Positions 49,528 through 59,226 of a DNA stretch of 64,000 nt are shown piece after piece. The stretch's first letter is position 1. Each line of letters begins with the position of its first letter. The stretch is from Candidatus Bathyarchaeota archaeon. Lineage in GTDB: Archaea; Thermoproteota; Bathyarchaeia; Bathyarchaeales; Bathycorpusculaceae. Below the pieces are notes generated by a model. It was not told the DNA's origin, made no database searches, and worked only from the letters and a program-made list of their open reading frames with translations. A program made the translations under genes and the position numbers. The stretch lies in assembly GCA_963827165.1 (NCBI GenBank), contig CAWGZR010000005.1, forward strand, positions 480,001 through 544,000. The letters run 5' to 3'.

Positions 49528-51564
49528 CTATGTTTTCTTCAGGCATCCTTCCCTTGGCTCATAGATCGTTCCTTCACGGAGCAATTGGCTTATCATCCGT
49601 TCAACTTCGCCCCTGGGAATCTTGCTCTTCGTTTCCAGCTCGTTTACAAGGGCTTCTTTCTCAACAATGCCTGTCACCTTCTCCATGTTCATAAGAGTCG
49701 ATAGCACAATGGAGAGTCTGTCACGGATGCTTTTAGGTCTGCCAGTCATTATCAAGTCAATATCCATCTTGTACGAGGACAAGTCGATCCCGACTTCTTC
49801 TAAAGACTTCTTCATTATAGCGATAGCTGCCCCTGCATCTTCAGCAGTTACTTCCCGACGCAGAGCTACCTTTGCCCGGGCTTCCGAGATACGAACAAGC
49901 GACTCAAGCTGGCGAGCAGTAATTGCCACTGGTGAGCCTTCGGTTTCGCTTGCCGAACGCATGGCTAAGTAAAAGTCGCTAAGCTGCTTTAACGCCTCTT
50001 CGGAAAGCACAGGTTTGATACCCTTCGCGTAACTGACGTACTTGCGCAGCAACTCCGCATCAACCTGAGCCTCAACGGGGCTCACTCCCCTACGATGAAT
50101 CTCCAAAATGTGCTTGGACATTCTGCTATCAGATTCCTTGTTAGGAACGTCGCGAAGCACGAAAATCAAGTCAAAACGCGAAAGAATAGTTACGGGCAAC
50201 GGAACGTTTTCAGCTACGGTACGATTTGGTTCATACCTGCCCAACGACGGGTTAGCAGCTGCCAATACAGCGGTCCGCGCGTTTAAGGTGGCGACGATGC
50301 CACCTTTCGCAACCGAAACCGTATGCTGCTCCATAGCCTCGTGGATGGCGACACGATCTTCAGGACGCATTTTGTCCATTTCGTCAATGCAGGCTATTCC
50401 TTTGTCGGCGAGCACCAAGGCTCCTGCCTCCAAACTCATGCTTCCGCCTTTCTCCCGCACGACAGCGGCCGTCAAGCCCGCGGCTGTTGTTCCTCTTCCA
50501 GAAGTGTATAGTCCACGGGGCGCTATTCTGGCTACGTATTGGAGAAGCTGCGATTTGGCGGTTCCAGGGTCTCCGATTAGCAGGATGTTGGGTTCTCCCC
50601 TTATGCTTACGTCAGGTAGAGTTTTAGACACCCCGCCAAAGAGCAAATACATTATTGCTTCTTTGATGTGTTCGTAGCCGAAAATTGAGGGTGCTATTGA
50701 ATCCCTGATTTTCCTGTGCACCCACGGGTCTTTCGACAAGGCGAGAATTTTTTCTTCCTCTTCAGGAGTCGGTGGAGAAGTTTCAGGTTCTTTGCCGAGC
50801 AATTCGACGGAGTTAGCGTCGAGTTGAAGGATAAAAGTTCGAAGTTTTCCCATTCCCATGAGCGAAGGCGCGAAAGCATGCACTATGCCGACTATGGAAA
50901 CGTGGTCTCCTGGTCTGGCAACATCGACGATATCGTCACCTATAGTTTTGACAGCTAGTGTCCGTGGTAGTTGTCCAGGAGGAAGGTCTTCGGGTTTTTC
51001 TTGAAGTCGCAGGTCTTGTGAGTCTATGAATGTTGAGTCTTCTTGTGCGAATTCGAAGGGGCCATCTCTTCCACAGTCTGGCGCCTCGCAGACGGATGGC
51101 GCTTTAAGAAATTGCCCTGTTTGCTCTACCCTATTCATGGTTCCGCAGCGTTTGCATTTGAATGCTCCTACAAGAACCATGGGTCTGACAGGCGTAGCTC
51201 GCACAACTATGCCTTCAACCATGACGAGCTTAGACATTTGTCTTGAGCCGAGTTTTCTAAGCTGTTCCTTGCCCAGAAGCTGCACGATTCTTATGACGAT
51301 TTTCTCTATTTTTTCAGCGTGCTCAGAATCTTCAATTCGCAGCTGTTCATAAGCGCCTTTTCCCGCATGTTGGAGATACTCTTCAGGTCTATTAAGCACC
51401 TGTTCCGCGAGCGCTTGGTCGAACCCGTAGAGTTCTTCAAAATCGATCATTATCGAGTTTTTCCCAGTGATTGCTAACTGAGCGATTCTCTGACGGTACT
51501 TATCCCTCTTGAAAAACTCTTGAAAACGCTGCTGCGGATCCACAGTCAACTGCTCATTAGCCAT
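49528..51564 (-). CDS. mcm: MCM replicative helicase
   Basis: GDPGTAKSQLL, GLTAAV, IDEMDKM, AANP, SRFD, TARQLESL. Confidence 0.98.
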   Translation of the reverse strand: MANEQLTVDPQQRFQEFFKRDKYRQRIAQLAITGKNSIMIDFEELYGFDQALAEQVLNRPEEYLQHAGKGAYEQLRIEDSEHAEKIEKIVIRIVQLLGKEQLRKLGSRQMSKLVMVEGIVVRATPVRPMVLVGAFKCKRCGTMNRVEQTGQFLKAPSVCEAPDCGRDGPFEFAQEDSTFIDSQDLRLQEKPEDLPPGQLPRTLAVKTIGDDIVDVARPGDHVSIVGIVHAFAPSLMGMGKLRTFILQLDANSVELLGKEPETSPPTPEEEEKILALSKDPWVHRKIRDSIAPSIFGYEHIKEAIMYLLFGGVSKTLPDVSIRGEPNILLIGDPGTAKSQLLQYVARIAPRGLYTSGRGTTAAGLTAAVVREKGGSMSLEAGALVLADKGIACIDEMDKMRPEDRVAIHEAMEQHTVSVAKGGIVATLNARTAVLAAANPSLGRYEPNRTVAENVPLPVTILSRFDLIFVLRDVPNKESDSRMSKHILEIHRRGVSPVEAQVDAELLRKYVSYAKGIKPVLSEEALKQLSDFYLAMRSASETEGSPVAITARQLESLVRISEARAKVALRREVTAEDAGAAIAIMKKSLEEVGIDLSSYKMDIDLIMTGRPKSIRDRLSIVLSTLMNMEKVTGIVEKEALVNELETKSKIPRGEVERMISQLLREGTIYEPREGCLKKT

Positions 51565-51566
51565 CT

Positions 51567-52118
51567 TTACTTTTCACCTTCCATATCCAAAATCTTGGCT
51601 TTCCACTCAGAAATTATCTTTACAAGCTGCTCATAGAGGATTTTTTCTTCGCTGGAGAGCTTTTTAAGAACCTGTTCCCCCTGCCCAGGTGCGGAGGAAA
51701 GAGCGACGATTTTTTTCAGCCGGGAATTCACAATGTCTTTTGCCAGATACTGAGTTTTTTGGTACTCATTTATTTTTTCCGGTTGGGTTGCTTCTCGTTT
51801 TAGTGTTGCTAAGTAGCGTCTTAACTTGGGGTAGAAGTCGTCCGGTAAATCGCTGATTTGCCCAGGAATCTGCACGCCCTCCTTCCACTGGACCTTAAAC
51901 AGTTTCGTTGAGTCCAACATGTCGTCCTCGCGGAAATGAACCATTCCAGCGTTTGCCAAATCTTTGGCGACCCAAAAATAGACTTCATATTCATTTCCCT
52001 CATCAAATGGTCCAACCGTCAAACCGGCAAGTTTAATCTCGGGGCAGTTTCTGTTAGCGACAACTCTAACGAATGAGTTTTCATAACAGAAATCTAATGT
52101 GCAAATTTGTCCCGCCAA
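51567..52118 (-). CDS. gins23: GINS subunit Gins23
   Basis: N-terminal B domain (VYFWVAKDL), LPDDFY, SRLKKIV, LSSEEKILY; directly upstream of mcm. Confidence 0.85.
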   Translation of the reverse strand: MAGQICTLDFCYENSFVRVVANRNCPEIKLAGLTVGPFDEGNEYEVYFWVAKDLANAGMVHFREDDMLDSTKLFKVQWKEGVQIPGQISDLPDDFYPKLRRYLATLKREATQPEKINEYQKTQYLAKDIVNSRLKKIVALSSAPGQGEQVLKKLSSEEKILYEQLVKIISEWKAKILDMEGEK

Positions 52119-52291
52119 TTTTCCGCTCTCCCTGTCTAATAGTTTACCCCTTTGTGGGGTTCAAGACATATAGCGGAAGTAGTTTTAAGGTTTCCTACAA
52201 AATAGAATCGACAGGGAGAAGCCGGCATGAAGCTGGTTACCATCCAAACGCTGCATTCTTCTTGAAGACAACGATCCCGCGGCAACTAAAT

Positions 52292-53542
52292 TTACGGCCA
52301 TAGTCCCAATGTTTTTATTGCGTTTGCGACTCTGCCGACTCCAAGCATCAACGCTCCAGTTCGCATGTCACTTTCTTCCCTCTCCGCTAAGGCAACGACG
52401 TCGTTGAAGGCTTTAGTCATTTTTTCTTCAAGCTTGTTGTTAACCGTTTCCAGCGTCCATTGCTCACGCGTCAGGTTTTGGACCCATTCAAAATAGCTAA
52501 CTGTTACGCCACCGCTGTTAGCGAGTATGTCGGGTATGAGGCAAATCCCTTTTTCGTAAAGAACTTTGTCCGCTTCAGGTGTAGTCGGTCCGTTTGCAGC
52601 TTCAGCCACCATTTTGGCCTTTATTTTGTCTGCGTTTTTGCAGGTAATTTGGTTTTCAAGTGCCGCTGGGATGAGCACATCGCAAGGCAACTCTAAAAGT
52701 TCCTCGTTGGTTATGTTTTTTGAATCTTTGAAGTTTTGAACTGACCCAGTTTTTTCTTTGTGGGCTAAAACTTCTGGGATGTTTAAGCCGTTTTGGGCGT
52801 AGATGCCTCCTGTGGAGTCGCTGACAGTTACTACTTTGGCGCCTACTTCTTGAGCTGCCGCAGCTGCGTGGTAGCCTACGTTGCCAAAGCCCTGAATTGC
52901 TATCGAGGCGTTTTTGAGTCTAATGCCATTGTTTTCTGAGGCTTGCTTGACGCAGTGGATTACGCCTCTACCGGTGGCTTCGGTTCTTCCCCATGAACCG
53001 CCAATTTCGATTGGTTTGCCGGTGGCGCTTTCTGGGATGCTGTAGCCTTTGAGTTGGCTGTATGTGTCCATCACCCAAGCCATTGTCTGTGCGTCAGTGT
53101 ACATGTCAGGCGCGGGGATGTCTCGGTGAGGACCCAAATACTCAGCGATTAAACTGACGTACCTTCTGGTTAACCGCTCAAGCTCGTGGCGGCTCATTTT
53201 TTTGGTGTCTACAACTACGCCGCCTTTTGCCCCGCCGAACGGAATGTTCGCGATGGCACATTTCCAAGTCATTAACATCGCCAAAGCCGTGACGTCGTCA
53301 ATGGTAACGTTTGGGCTGTAGCGGATTCCACCCTTGAATGGTCCGCGTGCATCCCAATGCTGGACTCGGACGCCGCTGAAGACCCCGACGACACCGTTGT
53401 CCATACGGATGTCGATGCTGACGCTTATGGACCGTTTCGGTAAACTTAGCATCCGACATATGCCTGGGTCTAACTCTAATTTTCTGGTTGCAAGTTTAAG
53501 TTGAGATAACGCTACGTTTAACGTTGCATGTTCTTCCGCCAT
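52292..53542 (-). CDS. gdhA: Glutamate dehydrogenase
   Basis: GPFKGGIRY, MTWKCA, FGGAKGG, IPAPD, QGFGNVG, EAANGP, NSGGVTVSYFEW. Confidence 0.95.
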   Translation of the reverse strand: MAEEHATLNVALSQLKLATRKLELDPGICRMLSLPKRSISVSIDIRMDNGVVGVFSGVRVQHWDARGPFKGGIRYSPNVTIDDVTALAMLMTWKCAIANIPFGGAKGGVVVDTKKMSRHELERLTRRYVSLIAEYLGPHRDIPAPDMYTDAQTMAWVMDTYSQLKGYSIPESATGKPIEIGGSWGRTEATGRGVIHCVKQASENNGIRLKNASIAIQGFGNVGYHAAAAAQEVGAKVVTVSDSTGGIYAQNGLNIPEVLAHKEKTGSVQNFKDSKNITNEELLELPCDVLIPAALENQITCKNADKIKAKMVAEAANGPTTPEADKVLYEKGICLIPDILANSGGVTVSYFEWVQNLTREQWTLETVNNKLEEKMTKAFNDVVALAEREESDMRTGALMLGVGRVANAIKTLGLWP

Positions 53543-53720
53543 AAAATCTCGCCTTGTACAAGAATTGTTAATCGGGAATGGCTAGTTAAAATTTGCCTTC
53601 GCGTTTTTTTGTGGGTTTGGTTGATGCTTTTGTATACCGTTTTCTGTTGCGCGGCTGGAATTTTTCTTTGTGTTTTGGGTTGCTTTTTTAGTTTGGGGCT
53701 TGATTTAGCTGTAGGTTGCA

Positions 53721-53790
53721 TACAGAAAAGTATAGACAAGAAGAGAAAAGAACAGAAACGTATGAAAAAGTATGGAAACGTAAAGGAAAG
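53721..53790 (+). repeat. Degenerate 10-bp tandem array, 7 units, consensus TAYRGAAAMG
   Basis: TACAGAAAAG TATAGACAAG AAGAGAAAAG AACAGAAACG TATGAAAAAG TATGGAAACG TAAAGGAAAG. Confidence 0.65.
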
Positions 53791-53811
53791 AATAAAAAAA
53801 TGTGTCAACCG

Positions 53812-54102
53812 CTATGATGATTCTTTTCCGAAGATTTCCAGGAAACCCTTCATTTTCCAGTAGGTATCCAAGAATTCCAAGCCGCGTGGCGTCGCAAAAT
53901 AAAGGGATTGATCCTCTGCAGTGAGTTTTCGGGTCAACCCGTAACTGCTAAGATCCTCCAAAATCTTCCGCAAGCGGTCAACGGGGACGCCTACTCCATA
54001 GGAGACACGGGTGATTTTGCCGCCTTCAGGGTAACGAATGAGAACCTCAAGCACTTGCGCGTACAGGTCTGTTCTTGAACGCTTCGTTTCTCGGTCTCTC
54101 AT
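53812..54102 (-). CDS. Small archaeal winged-helix regulator
   Basis: RSRTDLYAQVL, ITRVSYGVGV, YFATPRGLEFL. Confidence 0.82.
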   Translation of the reverse strand: MRDRETKRSRTDLYAQVLEVLIRYPEGGKITRVSYGVGVPVDRLRKILEDLSSYGLTRKLTAEDQSLYFATPRGLEFLDTYWKMKGFLEIFGKESS

Positions 54103-54127
54103 GGCTTTTGCATCTCCAGAACAACAG

Positions 54128-55435
54128 TTAAAATGGTGGGTTCGGAAGAGTTTCTACCTTTTTAGGTGCTTCGCTCACAGCTGCTCCAAAATCCATCTTA
54201 AGGTCGCCTGTATAAGTTACTTGTTCTGCAGCTGAACCCTGCTCCAGCTTTACCGTATCAGCGAATATCCGTCCAACTCTGCACATCGGGCCAATAACTG
54301 CTTCAGCCGCGTATATGTCATCGACTCTAGCAACTGCTCCTGCAGCAGCCCACTTCGCCGCCCAATTAGCTCCCCAACCGCCATAGCTTAAATCTGCGCT
54401 TTTGCCAACTTCAACACGTTCGCCGATCAATAATCCCTCAAATCGGCTGCCATTGCGGACAGTAACCACCTTGGCTTTCAGCCCCTGCTTAGCTTGGGTT
54501 TTGCCGCTGATATCCGCCACTTCTTTGACCAATATTCTGTTTGCTTCAAGCCTTCCGCCAATGTGCAGATTTGTACTTTCAAAATTGCCTGATATTTCAA
54601 CTACTCCGTAGCCCTCAAGACTATCAGAAACAAACAGTGAACCACTCACCTCAAATTTTCCGCCGACCTCAACTTTTTGTGCGTGACAATCGCCGCGTAT
54701 TTCAATAACTCCACCCGCTTCAATGATGGCACAGTTTATGCTTCCATCAACCTCAAGCTTTCCAAAAGTTGAAATCTTCCGCCCTTTGCATCCAGCAGGC
54801 AGCGAGCCTTTGCCATATACTAATAGTTCCCCGAATTCAAGTGGTAACTTGCTGAGAAATTTTCCGCCGACTCGAATGTTGCCTGTTATGGATCCACCGC
54901 CAACTTCAACTTCTCCACCCACATTAAGATCGCCTAATTTTACTGTTCCAGGTGCAACTACCTTACCGCCGACGTCAACACTTGAAGCTTCAAACATGTT
55001 TTGGATGTCTGCACGTCCGCCAACGCGGATTCTTTCGCATTTGATGGCGCCAGCTTCTATTTTTCCACCCACATCAATGTTTTCTGCGGTGATTGCGCCC
55101 GTGACCTCCACTGAGTGGCTTACGTTGAGTTGTTTATGAACTGCCAAGTTGCCAGTCATCTCCAGTTTTCCTACGTATCTAGCTGTTAGTTCAAGTCGCG
55201 CCCTGTTGGATTGCGAACTTACTTCTTTTGTTTTTGAAAAAAACATTTTGGATTCTAATGAATCGCATTCGAGGTCACAGTTCACGTATGCTTTGCCTTC
55301 AAGATAGACGCTTCCGGTTACTACGACGTTTTTGCCATTGCTGGCTTGAATTGTTGCGTTGTTGCCGACTCTGAGTTCACCGTCGACTCTGTCGAGAGTT
55401 GCGGTTTGTCCGCGTGGGATATGTAAATCTGACAT
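54128..55435 (-). CDS. Bactofilin-like (polymer-forming cytoskeletal) beta-helix repeat protein
   Basis: About 16-17-aa repeats with V/I-x-VGG-x-V/I-x-V-x-G throughout; no TM helix or signal peptide. Confidence 0.7.
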   Translation of the reverse strand: MSDLHIPRGQTATLDRVDGELRVGNNATIQASNGKNVVVTGSVYLEGKAYVNCDLECDSLESKMFFSKTKEVSSQSNRARLELTARYVGKLEMTGNLAVHKQLNVSHSVEVTGAITAENIDVGGKIEAGAIKCERIRVGGRADIQNMFEASSVDVGGKVVAPGTVKLGDLNVGGEVEVGGGSITGNIRVGGKFLSKLPLEFGELLVYGKGSLPAGCKGRKISTFGKLEVDGSINCAIIEAGGVIEIRGDCHAQKVEVGGKFEVSGSLFVSDSLEGYGVVEISGNFESTNLHIGGRLEANRILVKEVADISGKTQAKQGLKAKVVTVRNGSRFEGLLIGERVEVGKSADLSYGGWGANWAAKWAAAGAVARVDDIYAAEAVIGPMCRVGRIFADTVKLEQGSAAEQVTYTGDLKMDFGAAVSEAPKKVETLPNPPF

Positions 55436-55508
55436 GGTTTCTAGTTCATCGCCTTTGCTTTTAAGGGTAATTCACTTTGCGTTTCTACCACTCACACCTT
55501 ATCTCCTT

Positions 55509-56369
55509 TTATTCTGCCTTCAAAGCTTTTTGAGCAATAAAGTATCCAATCGCTGCAAGTGCAACTGTGAAGACAACTAAGTATATCATGTTTCCAGCTA
55601 ACGTGGAGATTTGTCCTGCGGTGAAATTGCCGTTCACTATGAGTAATCTGCAAGTTTCGACGGCTTTCGTTATTGGATTAACTTCTGCGATGCGTTTGAG
55701 CCACGATGGGAATGTTGCTAGCGGAAACATTGAGCTGCTCATGAATACCAACGGGAACGCGAGGAAGTTAATTATGGCGACAAGCGAATCAACCTGTTTT
55801 ACTGAGAAGGCGACTGCTGTAAATAGGCAGCCGAAGGCAAATGTCACGAGCCCCAGCGCAGCAAAAATGCCCAACAAGTTCAAGACGCCAAAACCTGCTC
55901 CTACCCGCAAACCGTTTGGAAGCACTACTGCAACGATAAATGTCAAGACTGCTATGAACATTGCTTTAACAAAGTTTTGTAAAGTTCCCGAGAAGAATAT
56001 CGAAGCTCTTGAAATTGGTGCACTCAGCAAAGAATTGAGATAACCCAGTTGCCTATCGAGAACTATGTCGATGCCACCATAAGCCATGTTGATTATCACG
56101 ATTAATGCAATTATTCCCGCCGTTAGGAAAGTTATGTAGTTTGCTGCTCCGCCAAAAGCCGAGCTCATAGCCGATTTGATCTGTACAATCAGAGCAGGCG
56201 ACAGAGCAGTCCCTCCGATACTTGTCGGAACAAGGTTGACCGGGTTAAATGAGCTACCGAAAAGCGCCAACCAAAATACTGACATGAATAGTCCGGGCAT
56301 GATGGCGGCGGGGTTGCGAATCCACTTCTTGAGTGACCTGGCTGTCAGAGCTAAAGTGTCGGCGAACAT
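55509..56369 (-). CDS. ABC-2 type exporter permease
   Basis: YITFLTAGII, DRQLGYLNSLLSAP, NPITKAVE. Confidence 0.92.
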   Translation of the reverse strand: MFADTLALTARSLKKWIRNPAAIMPGLFMSVFWLALFGSSFNPVNLVPTSIGGTALSPALIVQIKSAMSSAFGGAANYITFLTAGIIALIVIINMAYGGIDIVLDRQLGYLNSLLSAPISRASIFFSGTLQNFVKAMFIAVLTFIVAVVLPNGLRVGAGFGVLNLLGIFAALGLVTFAFGCLFTAVAFSVKQVDSLVAIINFLAFPLVFMSSSMFPLATFPSWLKRIAEVNPITKAVETCRLLIVNGNFTAGQISTLAGNMIYLVVFTVALAAIGYFIAQKALKAE

Positions 56370-57371
56370 TTACTTCATCCTCTCGATAAGGACTCGCTGG
56401 CCATAGGAATCCCCGTTTGCTGCCCCGTCACGCATTGTGTTGCCTGTGATTTGCAGGAAAACTTGATCAAGTGTCGGTTTAGTCAAGGTTATGTCGGAAA
56501 TCTTGAGTCCACTATTAGTAACTGCCTCCACTATTGTCGGAAGAGCATCGGTTCTTCCCAGTTTAATCCTGTAAGTTCCACCTTCCTTTTCAACATCAGT
56601 TACGTCTTGGATCATGCGAAGCGTGGATGATATATCGGTTCCATCGGTAAGTTGAAGTATTAATATGGTGCCGCCGAGTTTGTTCTTCAGTTCCGATGGG
56701 TTGCCCGACACTTTGATAACGCCCGTGTCGATTATTGCGATTCTGTCGCACAACGAGTCGGCTTCTTCCAGGTAATGTGTCGTCATAAATATGGTTATGC
56801 CATTTTCACGGTTAAGTTGCCGGATGTAAGCCCACATTTTCTGCCTTGTCTGAATATCCAACCCAAGCGTCGGTTCGTCCAAAAACAGGATTTTCGGCTC
56901 ATGAATAAGGCCCATCGCCAACTGCAACCGTCTACGCATTCCGCCCGAGTAAGTTTTAACCTGCCTTTGCGCGGCGCTTTCAAGTTCCAGAAGCTTCAGC
57001 AAATCTTGAGCCTTCCGACGGGCTGTGTCATTTGGGACATGGTGAAGTTTGGCTGAGAGCCGCAGGTTTTCTATGCCTTTGAGTTCGTCGTCTGCTGTGA
57101 GTTCCTGCGGTACGATGCCTATGATTTTGCGGACTGATGCTGCTTTACTATTTATGTCATATCCAGCTACGGTTGCTTTCCCTGAAGTTATTGTTGCTAA
57201 GGTTGTAAGCATCTTGATGGTTGTTGTTTTTCCAGCGCCGTTAGGACCCAGAAAACCGAACAGTTCTCCTTCTTCCACCGAAAAAGAAATGTTATCAACA
57301 GCCTTGACTGATTTTTTATAGATTTTGGTGAGGCCTTCAGCCTCGATTATTTTATTTTTCATTCGATTCAC
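56370..57371 (-). CDS. ABC exporter ATP-binding protein (DrrA-like)
   Basis: GPNGAGKTT, YSGGMRRR, FLDEPTLGLD, TTHYLEEA, PTLDQVFL. Confidence 0.95.
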   Translation of the reverse strand: MNRMKNKIIEAEGLTKIYKKSVKAVDNISFSVEEGELFGFLGPNGAGKTTTIKMLTTLATITSGKATVAGYDINSKAASVRKIIGIVPQELTADDELKGIENLRLSAKLHHVPNDTARRKAQDLLKLLELESAAQRQVKTYSGGMRRRLQLAMGLIHEPKILFLDEPTLGLDIQTRQKMWAYIRQLNRENGITIFMTTHYLEEADSLCDRIAIIDTGVIKVSGNPSELKNKLGGTILILQLTDGTDISSTLRMIQDVTDVEKEGGTYRIKLGRTDALPTIVEAVTNSGLKISDITLTKPTLDQVFLQITGNTMRDGAANGDSYGQRVLIERMK

Positions 57372-57634
57372 TTCTTTGTTGGTAGATCGTGGAATCTCAA
57401 TAAATAGTCAGTTCACAACTGGTAAACACAAAAAGTGCTCACAATATGTGAGTATCGCGTAGGTTGAGCGAATCTTTTGAGAAAAGGCGCTTTCAAAAAT
57501 AGAAATTTCGGCATTGCCCTAATGACTACGGTAATGTGAAACCTAAAATCGATTAATTAGTAAAGCCGAACACGTTAAACCATTCTGACCCCTGGCAGTG
57601 AACTTCACGTGGTCCGCTTGCAAAAGCGGCTATA

Positions 57635-57979
57635 TCAAAATTTTTCTAGGGATTCTCCCAATTGTTTTCTGGTCCTCAGACAGTGTGGACAGACGCAGCT
57701 GAGGGGAAGGTTTTTGGTTGCGCATAAGTCGAGATATTTGCAGTCGGCGCACGGGAATTCTTTGCCACATCGGATGCAGCTTTGAAGAAAAACCACTTCC
57801 GTACCCAATATGCCCGCGAGCGTGTCAATGAGTTTCTCTATGTTGTTGCAGTCCTTTATGGAGAAAAGCCCTCGTTCCCGATTGTAGTCTAGCCCCAGAT
57901 TCATTAAGGTGACAAATTTGTCTCTGTCCACTCTTGGAAGCTTGAACCCCTTTGGATTTAAAACAGTCGTCATAAACAA
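57635..57979 (-). CDS. Hypothetical protein with C-terminal Cys-rich Zn-binding domain
   Basis: CIRC, CADC, C, CVCPHC; overlaps no other gene and follows rfcL. Confidence 0.75.
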   Translation of the reverse strand: MFMTTVLNPKGFKLPRVDRDKFVTLMNLGLDYNRERGLFSIKDCNNIEKLIDTLAGILGTEVVFLQSCIRCGKEFPCADCKYLDLCATKNLPLSCVCPHCLRTRKQLGESLEKF

Positions 57980-57987
57980 GTCTCCAA

Positions 57988-59226
57988 TTAGTACTTGTTC
58001 ATTTTGGCGAGAAAATCTACTTCTTCAGGCGTGAACTTGAACCATTCGGCGAGCGCGCTTGATTTTTGTTGTTGAAGCAATGTTTTGATGTAGGGAACGA
58101 AGTCGTGTTTAGCTTTCGAGTGGGAAACGTGGCATTGAGCTCCTATTTTGGCGCAAATGGCGTCAAGCATTGATCTTTTGCCTTTGGTCCAAAACAAAGT
58201 GATGATGCGTATAGGCGGCGTGATCAATTCAAATGCCTGGTACGACTCAGGCGCGACTGAAGCCGCTTGAGCCATGGAATTGTAGAAATACCTTAGAAGA
58301 TGCCAATTTTCTGTGCCGACCCGTCCCCGGTAAACGTCGGCTTGCGAGACGAAATTGTAGGCTGCGGCAAGCTCATCTGGGTTTCTGTAACGTTTGGGGA
58401 GGTTGTCGCTTACCGACATCAAAAACTCGTCATAATCGACATTTGAGCGGAAAAGGAGGTCAGAGGCTTCGGAAAGGGCTTTTGCTGAAAAGAACCCTCG
58501 AAGTGTTTCGTCCATGCTGATGTCTCTGTTTCTTGAGCTAAGTGCCATGGTGTCCTGAAGGGTTAAAACATGGTTTTCTTCGCTGAGGCTTTGCAAATCG
58601 TTTATAGCTGATCGTACGTCGCCCCTGCTGTTTTGGGCTATGTGCTCTAGCGCTTCAAAATCCGCTTTTACATGTTCAAGCAGACAGATCTTCTGAAGTA
58701 GAGTGATAAGGAGAGGTATTCTTATTTGTTGAAAGCGTATTAGAAAGCAAACTTTTTTGAGCGGTCTGAGTTTGTCGACTTCTGGGTCGTTTGCCGCCAT
58801 GATGACTGGTACTTGGGATTTCTCAACGATTTCTATTATGGCGCTGACTCCGCCTCTGTCTTCGTTTCCTGCTATGCCGTCGACCTCGTCGAGGAATAAA
58901 ATATTGCCTTTGCACTGTGTTGACTTTGAGAAGGAGTCTAAGGCGACGTAGGATGTGGCGGGTTTTGCGACGGCGTTGATGGCTTTTTCTGACCGAGTGT
59001 CGCTGGCGTTCATCTCAATTATTGTGAACCCGAACTCTCTAGCAGCCGCATTAACCATTGCTGTTTTCCCGACTCCAGGCGGCCCATAAAGAAGGACGGC
59101 TTTCTTTTTGCTTCTGCTTTTGCCTTTTAGCCAGTCGATGAACGCAGCTTTCGCTTCTTCATTGCCCACTATATCCTCTATTTTTTGAGGACGGTATTTT
59201 TCTACCCATAAAATGTCATTTTTCAT
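57988..59226 (-). CDS. rfcL: Replication factor C large subunit
   Basis: WVEKYRP, GPPGVGKT, EMNASDTR, DEVDG, GDVRSAINDL. Confidence 0.95.
   Translation of the reverse strand: MKNDILWVEKYRPQKIEDIVGNEEAKAAFIDWLKGKSRSKKKAVLLYGPPGVGKTAMVNAAAREFGFTIIEMNASDTRSEKAINAVAKPATSYVALDSFSKSTQCKGNILFLDEVDGIAGNEDRGGVSAIIEIVEKSQVPVIMAANDPEVDKLRPLKKVCFLIRFQQIRIPLLITLLQKICLLEHVKADFEALEHIAQNSRGDVRSAINDLQSLSEENHVLTLQDTMALSSRNRDISMDETLRGFFSAKALSEASDLLFRSNVDYDEFLMSVSDNLPKRYRNPDELAAAYNFVSQADVYRGRVGTENWHLLRYFYNSMAQAASVAPESYQAFELITPPIRIITLFWTKGKRSMLDAICAKIGAQCHVSHSKAKHDFVPYIKTLLQQQKSSALAEWFKFTPEEVDFLAKMNKY

Noticed and set aside
53518-53863. ORFs 53518..53808 and 53528..53863
   Set aside because: They arise from low-complexity, strand-biased DNA and the 10-bp array upstream of gdhA.
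57512-57600. C/D-like sRNA closed by CATTGCC/GGCAGTG
   Set aside because: Poor C box and no clear internal D'/C' pair; too weak to call.
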